DNA of 63,202 nucleotides, filler included, from Octopus bimaculoides (GCF_001194135.2; 10 parts of 9 records of this genome joined end to end with filler, not necessarily neighbours in it); one strand, 5' to 3'. Positions 39,531-53,515 are shown, counted from the whole stretch's first letter. Translations and numbers: made by a program. Notes: generated by a model from the sequence alone, not told the origin.

Positions 39531-40639
39531 ACATCGATCGATTTAGTGAACCAAACACTTCGTTGAACTGGACACTTTGGTCAAGCTTATATTAACTCCT
39601 ACAAGTTTCCATTCAGTAGAATCTTTTGCATATTGTATGTAACCAAGAATGTACTAATCTAATGGTGGAATACTTGTCCCTGACAATTTCAATGTTGGGC
39701 GCATCTCGACGAGGTTAATTTTGCTCCTCATTCCCACAGGGTCGATAGAAGACTGTACAAATAAAATACTGGGGTAATTTTCTTTACCTCATCCTTCAAA
39801 TTTCTGGACTCATGCCAAGTTTACAAGTGTCGGAACAAAAAAGAAACGCATTACCGTAATTGTTTTTGCTAATTACATTATGTGTTCAAGTTTCTTCGGG
39901 ACCAACTTTAAATTTCATTCTACCGATATATTAAGGCATCAGTCAAAACTAATCGCCATGTAATTCACAGTTCCTCTCCGTCATAATTTCTTGCCTTATT
40001 TCTATGTTAGTGAGTTTCAGAACCGAAGGATCGTTTGGGGGACAGAGTTGGTAAAAATGGCTATATATTTACATATCTTATGCTTTGAGTTCAAATACCA
40101 CCGAGACACACTTTGTCGTTTGTCCTTCGGGTTAGATTAAATAACTAGCATTTAAGAGATGTAATCGATTAAATCAACTGTTTCCTCCTCTTAAATATTA
40201 TGTAGCGTTATTGGTTTGTTGGAAATTGTTTACAGAGGAGTGGTGGATACAATACTATGTGGAATTTCGTCATATCTCTTCATACACTAAGTCGAAATCT
40301 CGCCGGAGTTGATATTTCATTTCATTATCGTGGGGTCGATAAAACTATAAAGTTACCAGAAGAAAAAAAACAAAAACAACAGCTTACATATTCACCTCAC
40401 CCAGATCCACCCAATACTTACATATATATANNNNNNNNNNNNNNNNNNNNNNNNNNNNNNNNNNNNNNNNNNNNTTAATTAATTAANNNNNNNNNNNNNN
40501 NNNNNNNNNNNNNNNNNNNNNNNNNNNNNNTATATATATATATATATATTATCAGTTTCAGCTCAAAGCTGTGGCTATCCTGGGGCACCGTCGTTTTTCT
40601 ATACTGTTATTATCGAGTTCCTCCTCTAATATGTGGAAT

Positions 40640-40870
40640 TTGGTGAATAAAGGAGTTTGATGTCTCTACCCTCATTTACACCTCCTACCGTGAGGTACGT
40701 TCATCTGGGACTCTCCAAAGGAAGAGATCCAGATTTGATTTGAAAGCTCTGAGATCAATTTTGTGGCTCTTTGAGAGAATATTAAAAGTTGTGGGCACCT
40801 GGCACCCAGGCTGTTGCAATAACTGGTCCTGCAGCGCGATGGCATTGCTGGGATCTTTGGCACTGTGCAG
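40640..40870 (-). mobile_element. CR1/L2-like LINE, RT C-terminal remnant
   Basis: GHHCTVPKIP...RTSYCNSLGARCPQ and, frameshifted, FNILSK...FKSNLDLFLWRVPDE fit the CR1-type RT C-terminus (F..LP...FK..LD..L). Confidence 0.55.
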
Positions 40871-40884
40871 TGGTGACCTATTCT

Positions 40885-40886
40885 GG

Positions 40887-40935
<49 letters not shown>

Positions 40936-40953
40936 ACACACACACACACACAT

Positions 40954-41005
<52 letters not shown>

Positions 41006-41165
41006 GTCGGGATTTTTTCCATTTCCGTCTACCAAATCTATTCACGAGGCTTTGGTCGGCAAGAGGCTATAGCAGACGGCGTTGTCCCAAGGTGCCATGC
41101 TCTGGAACTGAACCAAGAACCGTGTGGTTGGAAAGTAAACCTCTTACACACAGCCACAACTGGGC
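40885..41165 (-). mobile_element. Type B SINE head with internal (CA)(TA) tract
   Basis: tttccgtctaccaaatctattcacgaggctttggtcggc...ggaactgaacc. Confidence 0.8.
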
Positions 41166-42444
41166 AAATATTTTGTGAAGAATTTCTCACCGCCTTTCTC
41201 AGCTCAACGCATCGGCTCCATTGAATGAGTGTAATACAGAACTGCAACATAATAAGTCTCGCGGCGCCTCTCTTGATTGCGAGGGTGAGCGGTAATACAC
41301 TTTATCCTTGCTATTTCATAATAACAACGTTATCTCTGAATTACGTCTTTCATTAGTCCATGTCTCAGCAATCAAAACTTAACCTGCAACTGTCGGAATC
41401 CAAGATTATTGCAACAAACTCATGTCAATGACAGAGCAGTATTAATATTTTGTTTACGATAGGCAGTGAGCCATCATCTTCAGCTGGTACACGTACACTA
41501 CATTCACTCAGCATTTGTGATAATAACAAACGTACGGACAGACGATGGTCGTCGCTGAGATGAGACAAGAGGACAAAATAATAAAGAAATGTAACGTTTT
41601 ATATAATATTGATTTATGTACAACAATGCATCATCGTAATGCGTCAAATTACTGGACAGTGATATATTATAGAATTTCACACGTCCATGTGTACATATGG
41701 CTATGTCTACATAAGCATACCATATATATTCATATATATATATATATANNNNNNNNNNNNNNNNNNNNNNNNNNNNNNNNNNNNNNNNNNNNNNNNNNNN
41801 NNNNNNNNNNNNNNNNNNNNNNNNNNNNNNNNNNNNNNNNNNNNNNNNNNNNNNNNNNNNNNNNNNNNNNNNNNNNNNNNNNNNNNNNNNNNNNNNNNNN
41901 NNNNNNNNNNNNNNNNNNNNNNNNNNNNNNNNNNNNNNNNNNNNNNNNNNNNNNNNNNNNNNNNNNNNNNNNNNNNNNNNNNNNNNNNNNNNNNNNNNNN
42001 NNNNNNNNNNNNNNNNNNNNNNNNNNNNNNNNNNNNNNNNNNNNNNNNNNNNNNNNNNNNNNNNNNNNNNNNNNNNNNNNNNNNNNNNNNNNNNNNNNNN
42101 NNNNNNNNNNNNNNNNNNNNNNNNNNNNNNNNNNNNNNNNNNNNNNNNNNNNNNNNNNNNNNNNNNNNNNNNNNNNNNNNNNNNNNNNNNNNNNNNNNNN
42201 NNNNNNNNNNNNNNNNNNNNNNNNNNNNNNNNNNNNNNNNNNNNNNNNNNNNNNNNATATATATATATATATATACAGACACATACATATGCATACATAT
42301 ACATACATATATATACGGAGGGTAGAGAGATACATACAAACACGCGCGCGCACATTGATACAAACAAGAGGAAGATAGAGAGAGAGAGAGAGAGGGGGGT
42401 AGTTAGTCAGGTAGATAGTTAGGTAGGTAGGTAGATAAACAGAG

Positions 42445-42475
<31 letters not shown>

Positions 42476-42481
42476 TAGGTC

Positions 42482-42528
<47 letters not shown>

Positions 42529-43351
42529 GCATACATACATAAATACATACATTCTTGTCTACATTCCAAGAAGACGACGCTTGGAAACGTTACACTCTAA
42601 TCTGCCCCCCCTCCTCTCCTCTCTTGTCCTTTATTACTATTTCACTATAGTTAACTCTATTACTGTATATAACTCTGCTACTATATATTCCTATATCTTA
42701 CTCGTCATCTACGTCCGTCCTTTTGTCCTGTTTGCTCACACATCAACAACCAGCGAACGAGCCACAACCGCTTCTTTCAATAAACATTAAATATGTTCAA
42801 ACAACAAAACTTGGACAGTCGTCATTTCAATTCTTCAGACTGGAATGGCCCATGAAAGATATAATGGGTAGAGAGCGTTTCCTTTAAAGACCATCAAATA
42901 AAAATGAAAAAATGAAAGCAGCTTTTATACAGAGGATTCTTGTCTTCATGGAAACATCAGGAATGGTTTAGGAAATAAATATCTTGACGCAATAAACGTT
43001 GACATAAGCTAGAAGAGTTAGACTCGTCTATAAAAATCATGTTGGAAAGAAAAGCAATAAACTACGTAAAAATTGATAATACTTCAATTTGAAGAAATAC
43101 GATTTAATCGTGCGTTTCTAATGCCTTTGTTTATATTTTATTGGGTGGCCATCTTTACTTCAGTTTCATTTATTCAATTATATACTTTGGTTCGTCTTTA
43201 TATTTATGTCTTTCATTAGTTTCATTTTAATTTAAGTCGTGTATCAAGTGTAAAAATAACATAACAGATTGGGTTTCTTTACAAACCGTTACAATGGACT
43301 CCCAGACGTCATTGACGGTATACAGTTGCATGCGCAGATGTGTGTGTGTGT

Positions 43352-43406
<55 letters not shown>

Positions 43407-43506
43407 CGCGCGCACCCACATGCTGTGTGTATGGGCATATTCTGATGCACGTTATTTTACTTTTAATCTTTGCGTGTGCTTATGTATTCACTTATATATA
43501 TGCACA

Positions 43507-43550
<44 letters not shown>

Positions 43551-43650
43551 NNNNNNNNNNNNNNNNNNNNNNNNNNNNNNNNNNNNNNNNNNNNTTAATT
43601 AATTAANNNNNNNNNNNNNNNNNNNNNNNNNNNNNNNNNNNNNNNNNNNN

Positions 43651-44586
43651 TACACTCATCCTTACATTCTCTTACACTCACCTTCACATTTCCCTTACAC
43701 CCACCCTCACATTCTCTTACACCCACCCTCACATTCTCTTACACTCACCTTCACATTTCCCTTACACTCACCCTCACATTCTCTTACACTCACCTTCACA
43801 TTTCCCTTACATTCACCCTCACATTCTCTTACACTCACCCTCACATTCTCTTACACTCAGCTTCACATTTCCCTTACACTCACCCTCACATTCTCTTACA
43901 CTCATCCTTACTTTCTCTTACACTCACCTTCACATTTCCCTTACACTCACCCTCACATTCACTTACACTCACCCTCACATTTCCCTTACACTCACCCTCA
44001 CATTTCCCTTGCACTCACCCTCACATTCTCTTACACTCACCCTCACATTCTCTTACACTCACCCTCACATTCTCTTACACTCACCCTCACATTCCCTTAC
44101 ACTCACCTTCACATTTCCCTTATATTCACCCTCACATTCTCTTACACTCACCTTCACATTCTCTTACACTCACCTTCACATTCTCTTACACTCACCCTCA
44201 CATTATCTTACACTCACCTTCACATTTCCCTAATATTCACCCTCACATTTCCCTTACACTCACCTTCACATTCTCTTAAACTCACCTTCACATTCTCTTA
44301 CACTCACCTTCACATTTCCCTTACACTCACCCTCACATTCTCTTACACTCACCCTCACATTCCCTACACTCACCTTCACATTTCCCTTACACTCACCTTC
44401 ACATTTCCCTTACACTCACCCTCACATTTCCCTTACACTCACCCTCACATTATCTTACACTCACCTTCACATTTCCCTTATATTCACCCTCACATTCTCT
44501 TACACTCATCCTTACATTCTCTTACGCTCACCCTCACATTATCTTATACTCACCCTCACATTATCTTACACTCACCTTCACATTTC
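43651..44586. repeat. 22/23-bp minisatellite, about 42 units, running into gaps on both sides
   Basis: Units tacactcaccctcacattctct (22 bp) and tacactcaccttcacatttccct (23 bp) are interspersed. Confidence 0.95.
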
Positions 44587-45529
44587 NNNNNNNNNNNNNN
44601 NNNNNNNNNNNNNNNNNNNNNNNNNNNNNNNNNNNNNNNNNNNNNNNNNNNNNNNNNNNNNNNNNNNNNNNNNNNNNNNNNNNNNNNNNNNNNNNNNNNN
44701 NNNNNNNNNNNNNNNNNNNNNNNNNNNNNNNNNNNNNNNNNNNNNNNNNNNNNNNNNNNNNNNNNNNNNNNNNNNNNNNNNNNNNNNNNNNNNNNNNNNN
44801 NNNNNNNNNNNNNNNNNNNNNNNNNNNNNNNNNNNNNNNNNNNNNNNNNNNNNNNNNNNNNNNNNNNNNNNNNNNNNNNNNNNNNNNNNNNNNNNNNNNN
44901 NNNNNNNNNNNNNNNNNNNNNNNNNNNNNNNNNNNNNNNNNNNNNNNNNNNNNNNNNNNNNNNNNNNNNNNNNNNNNNNNNNNNNNNNNNNNNNNNNNNN
45001 NNNNNNNNNNNNNNNNNNNNNNNNNNNNNNNNNNNNNNNNNNNNNNNNNNNNNNNNNNNNNNNNNNNNNNNNNNNNNNNNNNNNNNNNNNNNNNNNNNNN
45101 NNNNNNNNNNNNNNNNNNNNNNNNNNNNNNNNNNNNNNNNNNNNNNNNNNNNNNNNNNNNNNNNNNNNNNNNNNNNNNNNNNNNNNNNNNNNNNNNNNNN
45201 NNNNNNNNNNNNNNNNNNNNNNNNNNNNNNNNNNNNNNNNNNNNNNNNNNNNNNNNNNNNNNNNNNNNNNNNNNNNNNNNNNNNNNNNNNNNNNNNNNNN
45301 NNNNNNNNNNNNNNNNNNNNNNNNNNNNNNNNNNNNNNNNNNNNNNNNNNNNNNNNNNNNNNNNNNNNNNNNNNNNNNNNNNNNNNNNNNNNNNNNNNNN
45401 NNNNNNNNNNNNNNNNNNNNNNNNNNNNNNNNNNNNNNNNNNNNNNNNNNNNNNNNNNNNNNNNNNNNNNNNNNNNNNNNNNNNNNNNNNNNNNNNNNNN
45501 NNNNNNNNNNNNNNNNNNNNNNNNATGAT

Positions 45530-45880
45530 GAAGGCGGAGGTTTTTGTTTTCAGTCATATTTGTTTATTTGTCCATGGACAAGATATCTCAAGAACCACTG
45601 GATGGATTGGGATGAAACTTTCAGAGATGTTTGGCCTCATGACTGGCACAAACCGATTAGATTTTGGGATTGATCTAGTACCGAACAAGGATCTGGATTA
45701 TTTTCCGTTTTTTTGCTTAACTTTTGAGAGCGGTTGGGTTCATTTTTAGTATTCTCATCTGTGAGAGCAGTCGAGCTTATTTCAGATATTCTCATTTTAA
45801 AAATCATCTCTGGCTAATCGTTGAGAGGACATTGGTGTTGCCTTGGCGGAGGTTTGTGCTCCCTGAGTGCTCTTGTTATT
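45530..45880 (+). mobile_element. Non-autonomous Helentron-associated (HINE/DINE-1-like) element
   Basis: ggcggaggt near both ends, internal ggatggattgggatgaaactt, and a 3' hairpin gtgctc-cct-gagtgc followed by ttgtt. Confidence 0.5.
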
Positions 45881-45889
45881 ATTACTATT

Positions 45890-46112
45890 AAGGTGGTGAG
45901 CTGGCAGAGTCATTAGCACGCTGGGCAAAATGTTTAGTGGCATTTCATCTGTTGCTACGTTCTGAGTTCAAATTCCGTTGAGGTCGACTTTGCCTTTCAT
46001 CCTTTTGGGGGTCAATAAATGAAGAAGCACTGGGGTCAATTTATTCAACCAGTCCACTCCTCACAAATTTCAAGCCTCATTCCTTTAATAGAAAGGATTA
46101 TTATTATTATTA
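45890..46112 (+). mobile_element. Type A SINE (Y-like tail, (att)n end)
   Basis: A head with gagttcaaattcc; ends gaaaggattattattatt. Confidence 0.8.
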
Positions 46113-46129
46113 GCATTGTTAGGGTGGCA

Positions 46130-46390
46130 AGCTATATGCTATGTTTTGTGTGTGTGTGTGTATGTATCATTCTGTGCATTTGTATGGTTTGCACTCCACC
46201 AACACTTAAAAAGTGGTGTTGGTTTGTTTACATCTCTTTAGCTTAGTTCAGCATAAAGAGACTGACAGAATAAGTGCCTGGTTTAAAAAAATAAATAAAT
46301 ACTGGGGTCAATTTGTTCAACTAAACTGTTCAAGGCAATGCTCCAGCATGGCCGTAGTCAAATGACCGAAATATGAAAATGAAAAAAAAA
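46130..46390 (+). mobile_element. Diverged type B SINE tail half
   Basis: actggggtcaatttgttcaac...ctccagcatggccgtagtcaaatgac. Confidence 0.75.
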
Positions 46391-46642
46391 AACATATGTC
46401 ATTGTTCCTTGTTACTTAATGAAGTGTTTGTTGTTTTATTTTCTTTCTACTAGGAACTTCTCTACAATAAACACCTTCACCTCAACGGTTCCAAGCTGGA
46501 GACCCTTGGTTTCAGCTGCCAAAAACCAGAGTTAACCATCGATTACATGAAAGAGGTGAGTTGTTGGGATCCTTTTTATTCGAACTTCTTTCCCTGTTTT
46601 CTAACTTTATCATACCCTTTTCTTATGCCCCTAAATATGAAC

Positions 46643-46812
46643 AGGAGGCGCAATGGCCCAGTAGTTAGGGCAGCGGACATAGGATCACGGTTTCGATTCC
46701 TAGACCGGGCGTTGTGAGTGTTTATTGAGCGAAAACACCTAAAAGCTCCACGAGGCTCCAGCAGGGGGTGGTGGCGAACCGTGCTGTACTTTTCCACAAC
46801 AACTTTCACTCT
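46643..46812 (+). mobile_element. Type C SINE head
   Basis: ggaggcgcaatggcccagtagttagggcagcg...ggtttcgattcc...gagcgaaaacacc. Confidence 0.85.
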
Positions 46813-47158
46813 TACATATATATATATAAATAAATATTTATATTTATATATAAATAAATATATATATATTTATTTATATATATATAAATATATATTTATA
46901 TATATATAATTATATATTTATATATATATAATTATATATTTATATATATATAATTATATATTTATATATATATAATTATATATATATAAATATATATTTA
47001 TATATATATAACTGGGCCTCCTACTTAGATTGACATATGACGATGCATATCTAGATAGNNNNNNNNNNNNNNNNNNNNNNNNNNNNNNNNNNNNNNNNNN
47101 NNTTAATTAATTAANNNNNNNNNNNNNNNNNNNNNNNNNNNNNNNNNNNNNNNNNNNN

Positions 47159-47426
47159 TCTATAGTACTCTTTCTTTACTTTTTCTTTCATTTGTGTATG
47201 TTGTATCCTATCTAGTTCATTGACTCCTAAATACTTATATGGTTGGCTTTCGTCTAGTTCTCTTATTTCATTGACTTTATTTAGTGTTATATTGCTACTT
47301 TTAACTAATTTTCCTCTGTTCAGGGTTGCTTTGGCACATTTTTCTAATCCGAATTTCATATCTATTTCCTTGGTAAAGCCGTGTACTGTCTGTAGTAGTG
47401 TTTCTAGCTCTTTGTCGTTTTTAGCA

Positions 47427-47427
<1 letters not shown>
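47159..47427 (-). mobile_element. R4/Dong-like RT fragment, starting right after (TAA)n and cut by a gap
   Basis: Open frame KYAKNDKELETLLQTVHGFTKEIDMKFGLEKCAKATL...YKYLGVNE...MKEKVKKEYYR (RT region after the YxDD motif). Confidence 0.85.
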
Positions 47428-47485
<58 letters not shown>

Positions 47486-48041
47486 TAAGACGTCGCACAA
47501 TATCCAATATCGTGATGTCGTTGATTGAAAAATATTGTGTCTACCGGATCTTTGTACTCTCTGTCAAGTCATAACAAGGACCCCCAGACAGACAGTACGT
47601 TACGCAATATGCGTGCAGCTCTAAGTAATGCTGATTTTAGCAAAACAACAATGCTCCGATGACAATAGAGACAAACTTTATGTTTGACTCTCGTAGCTGT
47701 CACATCTTGGCGATCTCAATTTTCAGGTCTCCATATTTATCAATCTTTTCTCTTTCTTTCATGATATGTTGATTTCTTGGCACTGCCATGTCGATTACTA
47801 GGCACTCTTGTTTGTCCCTCCTAAAAGACACCTCGATGCTCTAACACCTTGTCTATCTGGTAGGCAAAGTCTCAGAGGATTTTGGCCCACTCCTTTTCGT
47901 CCTTTACCTTTTCCGGTGTATGTTGGTACCAAGCACCCGTTACCTCGTATCCATACTTCCGGCATAGTAGCCAGTGACTGTTTCGGACTACATTGTGGTT
48001 TCTGCGCTTGTACTCTTTCTGCGCAAGATTTTCACAAGCAC
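47486..48041 (-). mobile_element. 5'-truncated R4/Dong-like copy (REL endonuclease + 3' UTR) flanked by (TAA)n
   Basis: ACENLAQKEYKRR..HWLLCRKYG...WYQHTPEKV...ECLVIDMAVP...EKIDKYGDLKIEIAKM...SIVIGAL...ARILRNVLSV*. Confidence 0.85.
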
Positions 48042-48101
<60 letters not shown>

Positions 48102-48216
48102 GCAGTAGTTTTATTTTTATAATGTGATTTCACTTTACTACGGAGCGCAGCTCTGTGTTCCTTGGGTATGTGCTGTAGTTTGCTGTGATGCTCTTACGTT
48201 TACTGTATTGAAAGTG
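48102..48216 (-). mobile_element. 3' end of a third R4/Dong-like copy
   Basis: Short LSIQ* followed by a UTR (agagcatcacagcaaactacagcacatacccaagg...ataaaactactgc) running into (TAA)n. Family assignment rests partly on recall. Confidence 0.55.
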
Positions 48217-48929
48217 CTGAATACATATAAAGAATATTGCCTTAACTTATTCATTTGTTCGTAGAAATTTTAAGAAGAAGCGTTTTACTTACTTCTCAAC
48301 ATAAAGTGAATGAACAATGCCGGATATATTAATAGCGAGAAGAAAATGATTTTAACCAACGTATAAAGTTCTTTTAGTCGAAGTTAAAGTATTGATATTT
48401 TTTTAGACAGTGGTTGGAAACTGGGCATGAAGCCAAATGATGTGTCTTTCATGACCAACATAAATAATGACTGAATTCGAAAACAAGATGGAAAATTGTC
48501 CGCAAGGAATTTACTCCAATATTTTGATTTAATAGATATAGTTGAAATATAGTCTTAATTCAATTGGTGTTCTGCTTTGTTTTATTCATTTTTTAAAGAG
48601 AATTATGTTTACTTGTGCGTAACACGAAATAAACTTCAATTTCAAATTATCGCGTTATCATTCTCTAATGTAAAAATACTTGTGAAAACGAAGGTGCTGA
48701 AGATAGTAACTCTGAGACACTTAATAGCTAATTTATACACTTCATTACCTGCGGCTATAAAACACAGTGTGTGTAGTAACTGTGTCAAATGGTAATAGGC
48801 TATTCTTTTAACACACTGGTCGGGTGTAGTTATGTTCTCTATTGTTTAAAAAAAGATTATTACGATTATGCTATAATAAGATAGTTTACAACCTGAACAT
48901 TACATTACTAACGTTGCTAGCAGCGAAAA

Positions 48930-49480
48930 AAACGTCATAAGTATAAGCCTCTGAAATAAATGTAAGAGTAAGTAAGCAGAAACTTGCTGCTTAAAGAACA
49001 AAATCCAAGCCTATTCACAGAAATTGTTAAAAAGAACAAATATGCAGCCTCTAAAAAAATTGGTGTTGTTGAGAGAACCCTTAGGCTAAAAAGAAAGAAC
49101 AAAATCCAACCGCAGAAAATAGCAAGCAGTGAAAAGTAGTTAAGAGAAAGCAGGCTTGCTATCCAGAATTGGGAAAAGAATTGGCTGAATGGTTGCAAGA
49201 CAACATGAATATATTGTAACATACAAAGTTATAAGCAAAGAAAAGCTAAATCAAGGAAGCTGGCTGCGTATATTTATTGAATCAGGCATGGATGTTTTTT
49301 TAGACGATAAAATTGTTTTGTGTACAATGACCTATTTTAACCTATTCTACAGCCTTCGTGCAATAGCTTTGAAGCAAATGTTACTGAGCAAAACACCGGA
49401 AACCATGCCAGTTTCAGTGATTGTGTTTGTGTTCTGTGTATTTTTGTGCGTTTCAAAATTTGAAGTGATATTAAGATGGA
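48930..49480 (+). mobile_element. Decayed pogo/Tigger-like transposase N-terminus (HTH / CENP-B-type)
   Basis: KKNKYAASKKIGVVERTLR and RKQACYPELGKELAEWLQDN, with frameshifts. Confidence 0.55.
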
Positions 49481-49784
49481 TCTAAACGATGCTTTATAGT
49501 ATTCGGAAGTTACATTATGTAAGGGGATAAAATATATTACAAAAAGTGGTTGTCACATTCACATTATGTTAGAGATCGCTTTGTACATCAGTAAACACAG
49601 TATATACATCGCTAGAAAGACGTTTAAAACCAAAGTAAGTTACTCAGTTTGAATATATTTAAACTTCAGATGTATTTTCGAGTAATTAATGTCCAGTGTC
49701 AATTTACAACTAAAGACTAAAGTTACATACACATACACGCGCGCGCGCACGCACACACACACACAAACACAAGCACACGCACCA

Positions 49785-49828
<44 letters not shown>

Positions 49829-52800
49829 CACACACTCACATAGCTTATGACAACCATCAAACTCGATACTCACTGCGTTCTAATTTTTAATCAATTTATA
49901 TTCTGAATTTGTCCCTTTTGCTATTCGCTATAAGAATTTGTCATGAAGATATTTTTTCTCCTACTAAGGTTGTAATTATCATTAATTAAATTTTGGGACT
50001 CATTTAATTTAGGAAGTTACCACCCACTTTACTATTAAATCACTGACAGGCATGTTCCTTCTTCTGGTTTTCATGAGTACTGTCATAATTCTCTTTCTTT
50101 TGTTACTATAATAGCCTCTGTTCCTTGAAGCTGGCTGACCTCGTACCTCCAGCGATCAAGCATCCCTGACACACCCGTCTCTCCACTTTCCTCGCCCCTG
50201 TTGCATCAGGCCTTCCCTTTCCCCACACTAAGCACTTTTCGCTTTTCTTTATCTACAGAACATTTCCTGGAATCTTCTCTCTACTCATGTATTTCTCTTG
50301 CAAGTGCTGACATGCAACCACTTAAACAAAACATTAGCTGCATCAAAATGAGCGCTTTAAGAAGGGCTGCTAAGATGACAGACGCTGCTCCTCCAGACGC
50401 AGCAAGCAAAAATTAAACGCCCTAGGTTAATTTTCCTCTGTCATTATTTTAAGCTATTTTCCCAATCAGTGTTCATTTTCTAAAGCACCTATAATCGCTT
50501 CTAGCCTTTTTAATATCTTTTTGTGACGATAAGACTGCATTGTTGATGCAATTTGATAAGACCAGAACATACAAAGTTATCATTATACGGCAAAATATCA
50601 GACTCACTCTGTACTGCATATTACTATTTTTTTAAATTTAAATCTCCAGGTTGTGCCCTTGTTCCTCCTCTTTAAACATATAATGTTACTTAATTGAAAT
50701 TTCTAAGTACACTACGTTAAACGACTTTTTATCGTTTTATTTTATCGTTGTTACAGTGTTTAACCGATTAATGAATTTCTATTCTTCTAACGGTCATCAC
50801 TCATTGGCTGTCGATCTTGCTGTTGTAATATCCAATATCTAAGTGGTAGTTACTCCTGCTCCCTATAGAGCATGGAGTGACACGTTTCTAAAGCATTTTG
50901 AATACTGAAGGTAAGGATACTAGTCATGTGCATTGGGATCCTTCTTTCAATATACGGGCCTGAGATCGTCTATGCCGGATATCGTTCCGGAGTTTCGATG
51001 TCGAGGTCTTAGGATCTCTAACACTCGAAAGGAGCCCATTCGAGGTAGAGATAGCCAGAGTAAGCTAAACTTGGGATTTGTATAAGCTACGTAGCAATAC
51101 CATGTAGTAATGCCTGAGATAACTATTCACCGCCTAATCATGATAGAACTGGTAATTATTTAAGGCGTTGATAGAATGGTGTCAGCGGTTAGTGACAGCG
51201 AGGTTGGTGCGGATATGGATGAATGTGTTCATAAGTTTATTGAGAAATATATAGCCGCACTGAGAAGGTATTACTAATTCTATTCGACAATATTACTGAA
51301 TGCCATTAAAGTCTATTCATAATCACTTGTCGATTGAAAGCTTGATTAGAAGATTGTTGAACTTGCCGAAAATGTTACACATCACTTTAAGCCACAACGA
51401 GTATCAGGAAATTGTGGAGGCAACATTTAAAATACTCTTGTTATTTCTGAGTTGATGCAAATAAACATTATGCGCATAACAATGTGGTTCACGACACTTG
51501 ATTTAATCTCAGTTAATTTCCTTAACAACATATGGACGGAAGAAAGGAAGGAAGAAAATTCATAAATGTATAGGAAGATTCGGCATAGATGGAGAAATGA
51601 GTCAAATAGACAGAAAGATACAAATTGAAAGGTAGGATTCTGTAATGTTTATGGTGTAACAATTAAACCGATGACCCTACGACCTGGTGCTTCGGCAGAA
51701 GTTTCACAATTCAATGATCTATAAAGAATATTCCTACGAACAAAGTACCGGAATTGAGTTGCAGCAACAGTGCTGAGAGACATGATGGTTATGATGGTGA
51801 TGATGGTGGTAGATGTTGTCTTCATCGTCATTGTAGGGCAGTTAATATGCTTATGACCCTCATGCCATTGAGAAATAACATTTTAGAGTTACTAAAAATT
51901 TTCAGTAAATCCTTCATCAATAAATTTTAATTTTTATGTTTTATTTTCTTTCACCACACCTATATCTTAGTGACGTTGCATGATTTTCATGTGATGTTTT
52001 TGTTACTGATTGTATAGACCTACAATCTGTCAAGGCAATGTCACTTGAAAGTGAAATAATATAATCATGTTAATGTAGTCAAATACTTCTAGATTTAGAA
52101 ACATTGATTTTGAATTGAGTTTATCCATCGTCTCTTCAAATTAATATATACTGAGCTTTCCTCGATCGACGCACAAGACTCAAGTAACTCCTACTGTTAT
52201 AAAATTTTAATTACAAATAAATTGTATTATTGTCGTATCTAAATGGTGAATACAAGGACAATAAAGGAAAAACTTATAGGTTAGTTTTAATATCAGCAGA
52301 ATGATTTCGTTTTTGTAACAATGTGATAAATGGAGGTTACATAATTTATTTGAATGTTTTCTGAAATAATTCGTTGTATTTATTGCATCACTAGTTGTTT
52401 CAGCCATTCATCGATTATGCAATAACCATGCAGTTTGCAAAAGAAAAAGTCTGTTTCTATGAAACTTATATTCAAACAGATAGTTAGAGCGAGCAGAGGT
52501 TAAATATATATTGTCAGATTTTCGACTGACAGATCAGCTCAAACGACTGGATTAAGTCTTGCTTTCTTTTTGGATTATGGGAAGCAAAGATGCCATTAAA
52601 AATAAGCTAAATAGATTTTCAAAGTATTTTCATGTCTATAAAAATAGAAAAATGAAGTTTCTGAGTTTGAGGGCATCTTGAAAACTGGATTGATAACAAT
52701 GAATAATGAAAAGGAATGAAAATGAAATGTATGAAATAATGAAAATAGAAATAAAGAAAGATCAGAAGAAGAAAAAGACAGACGAAAAATGAATCGGGAG

Positions 52801-52869
52801 AAATACAATGTCTAAGAAGTTTTTGTAATGACTAATACAATGACGAAGAAAATATTAAGAGTTGGATAA

Positions 52870-53515
52870 GTTAATTAAATTGACTTTGATGCTTTACTGA
52901 CACTGATGGGATAAAAGGTAAAAATCGATCCTGGCAGGATTTGAAGTCAGGACGTAAATTGATTGAATTAAATGGCACAAAAAAATTGTTCGGAGGTCCT
53001 TGGATTCTGAAATTCGCTTGTAGGCAGTCGCACAGAACAATCCGGTCACTCAGCTGTCTTCTCAATAACTGTTTCTAATTTAGGCATCAAGCCAGAAGTT
53101 TTCAGGGGAGGCTGTTAGTCAATGCCATCAACCCAAGTACTGCACTAGTACCGTCTTTTACGGACCCTGGCGAAATGAAAAGCAAAGCTGTCCAATGGAA
53201 GATATGAACTCAGACCATAAAGAGCAAGAGATACTGTAAGACATTTTTTTTTAGTTAATAATTCTGCCAAGACATTTTTTTAGTTAATAATTCTCCTACG
53301 AATTCTTACTAATTTTCGACACAAGGCCATAAAATTTGAGAGGATCGGGAAAGTCGATTACATTGATCCTAGCACTTGACTAGTACTTATTTTACCAAGC
53401 CCAAGAAAAACAATGCACACCTCGGCGAAACTTGAACTCAGAATGAAATGAATCTGAAGAAATGCTGCCAAGAGATTTGTCCAACGTGCTAACGATTCTA
53501 TCAGCTCCCCGCTTT
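52870..53515 (-). mobile_element. Cluster of about three old type A SINE fragments
   Basis: Repeated degenerate gatgaaaggcaaa / ttgaactcag / gtgctaacgattct motifs. Confidence 0.6.

Noticed and set aside
41480-41575. Strong minus-strand splice acceptor with a short open frame (DDHRLSVRLLLSQMLSEC); similar mini-exon candidates near 3212, 20675, 22162 and 26410
   Set aside because: No recognisable protein similarity or consistent gene model; such signals are common in AT-rich DNA.
42560-42600. ccaag/cttgg hairpin followed by GAAACGTTA, resembling a Penelope hammerhead tail
   Set aside because: No CUGANGA box.
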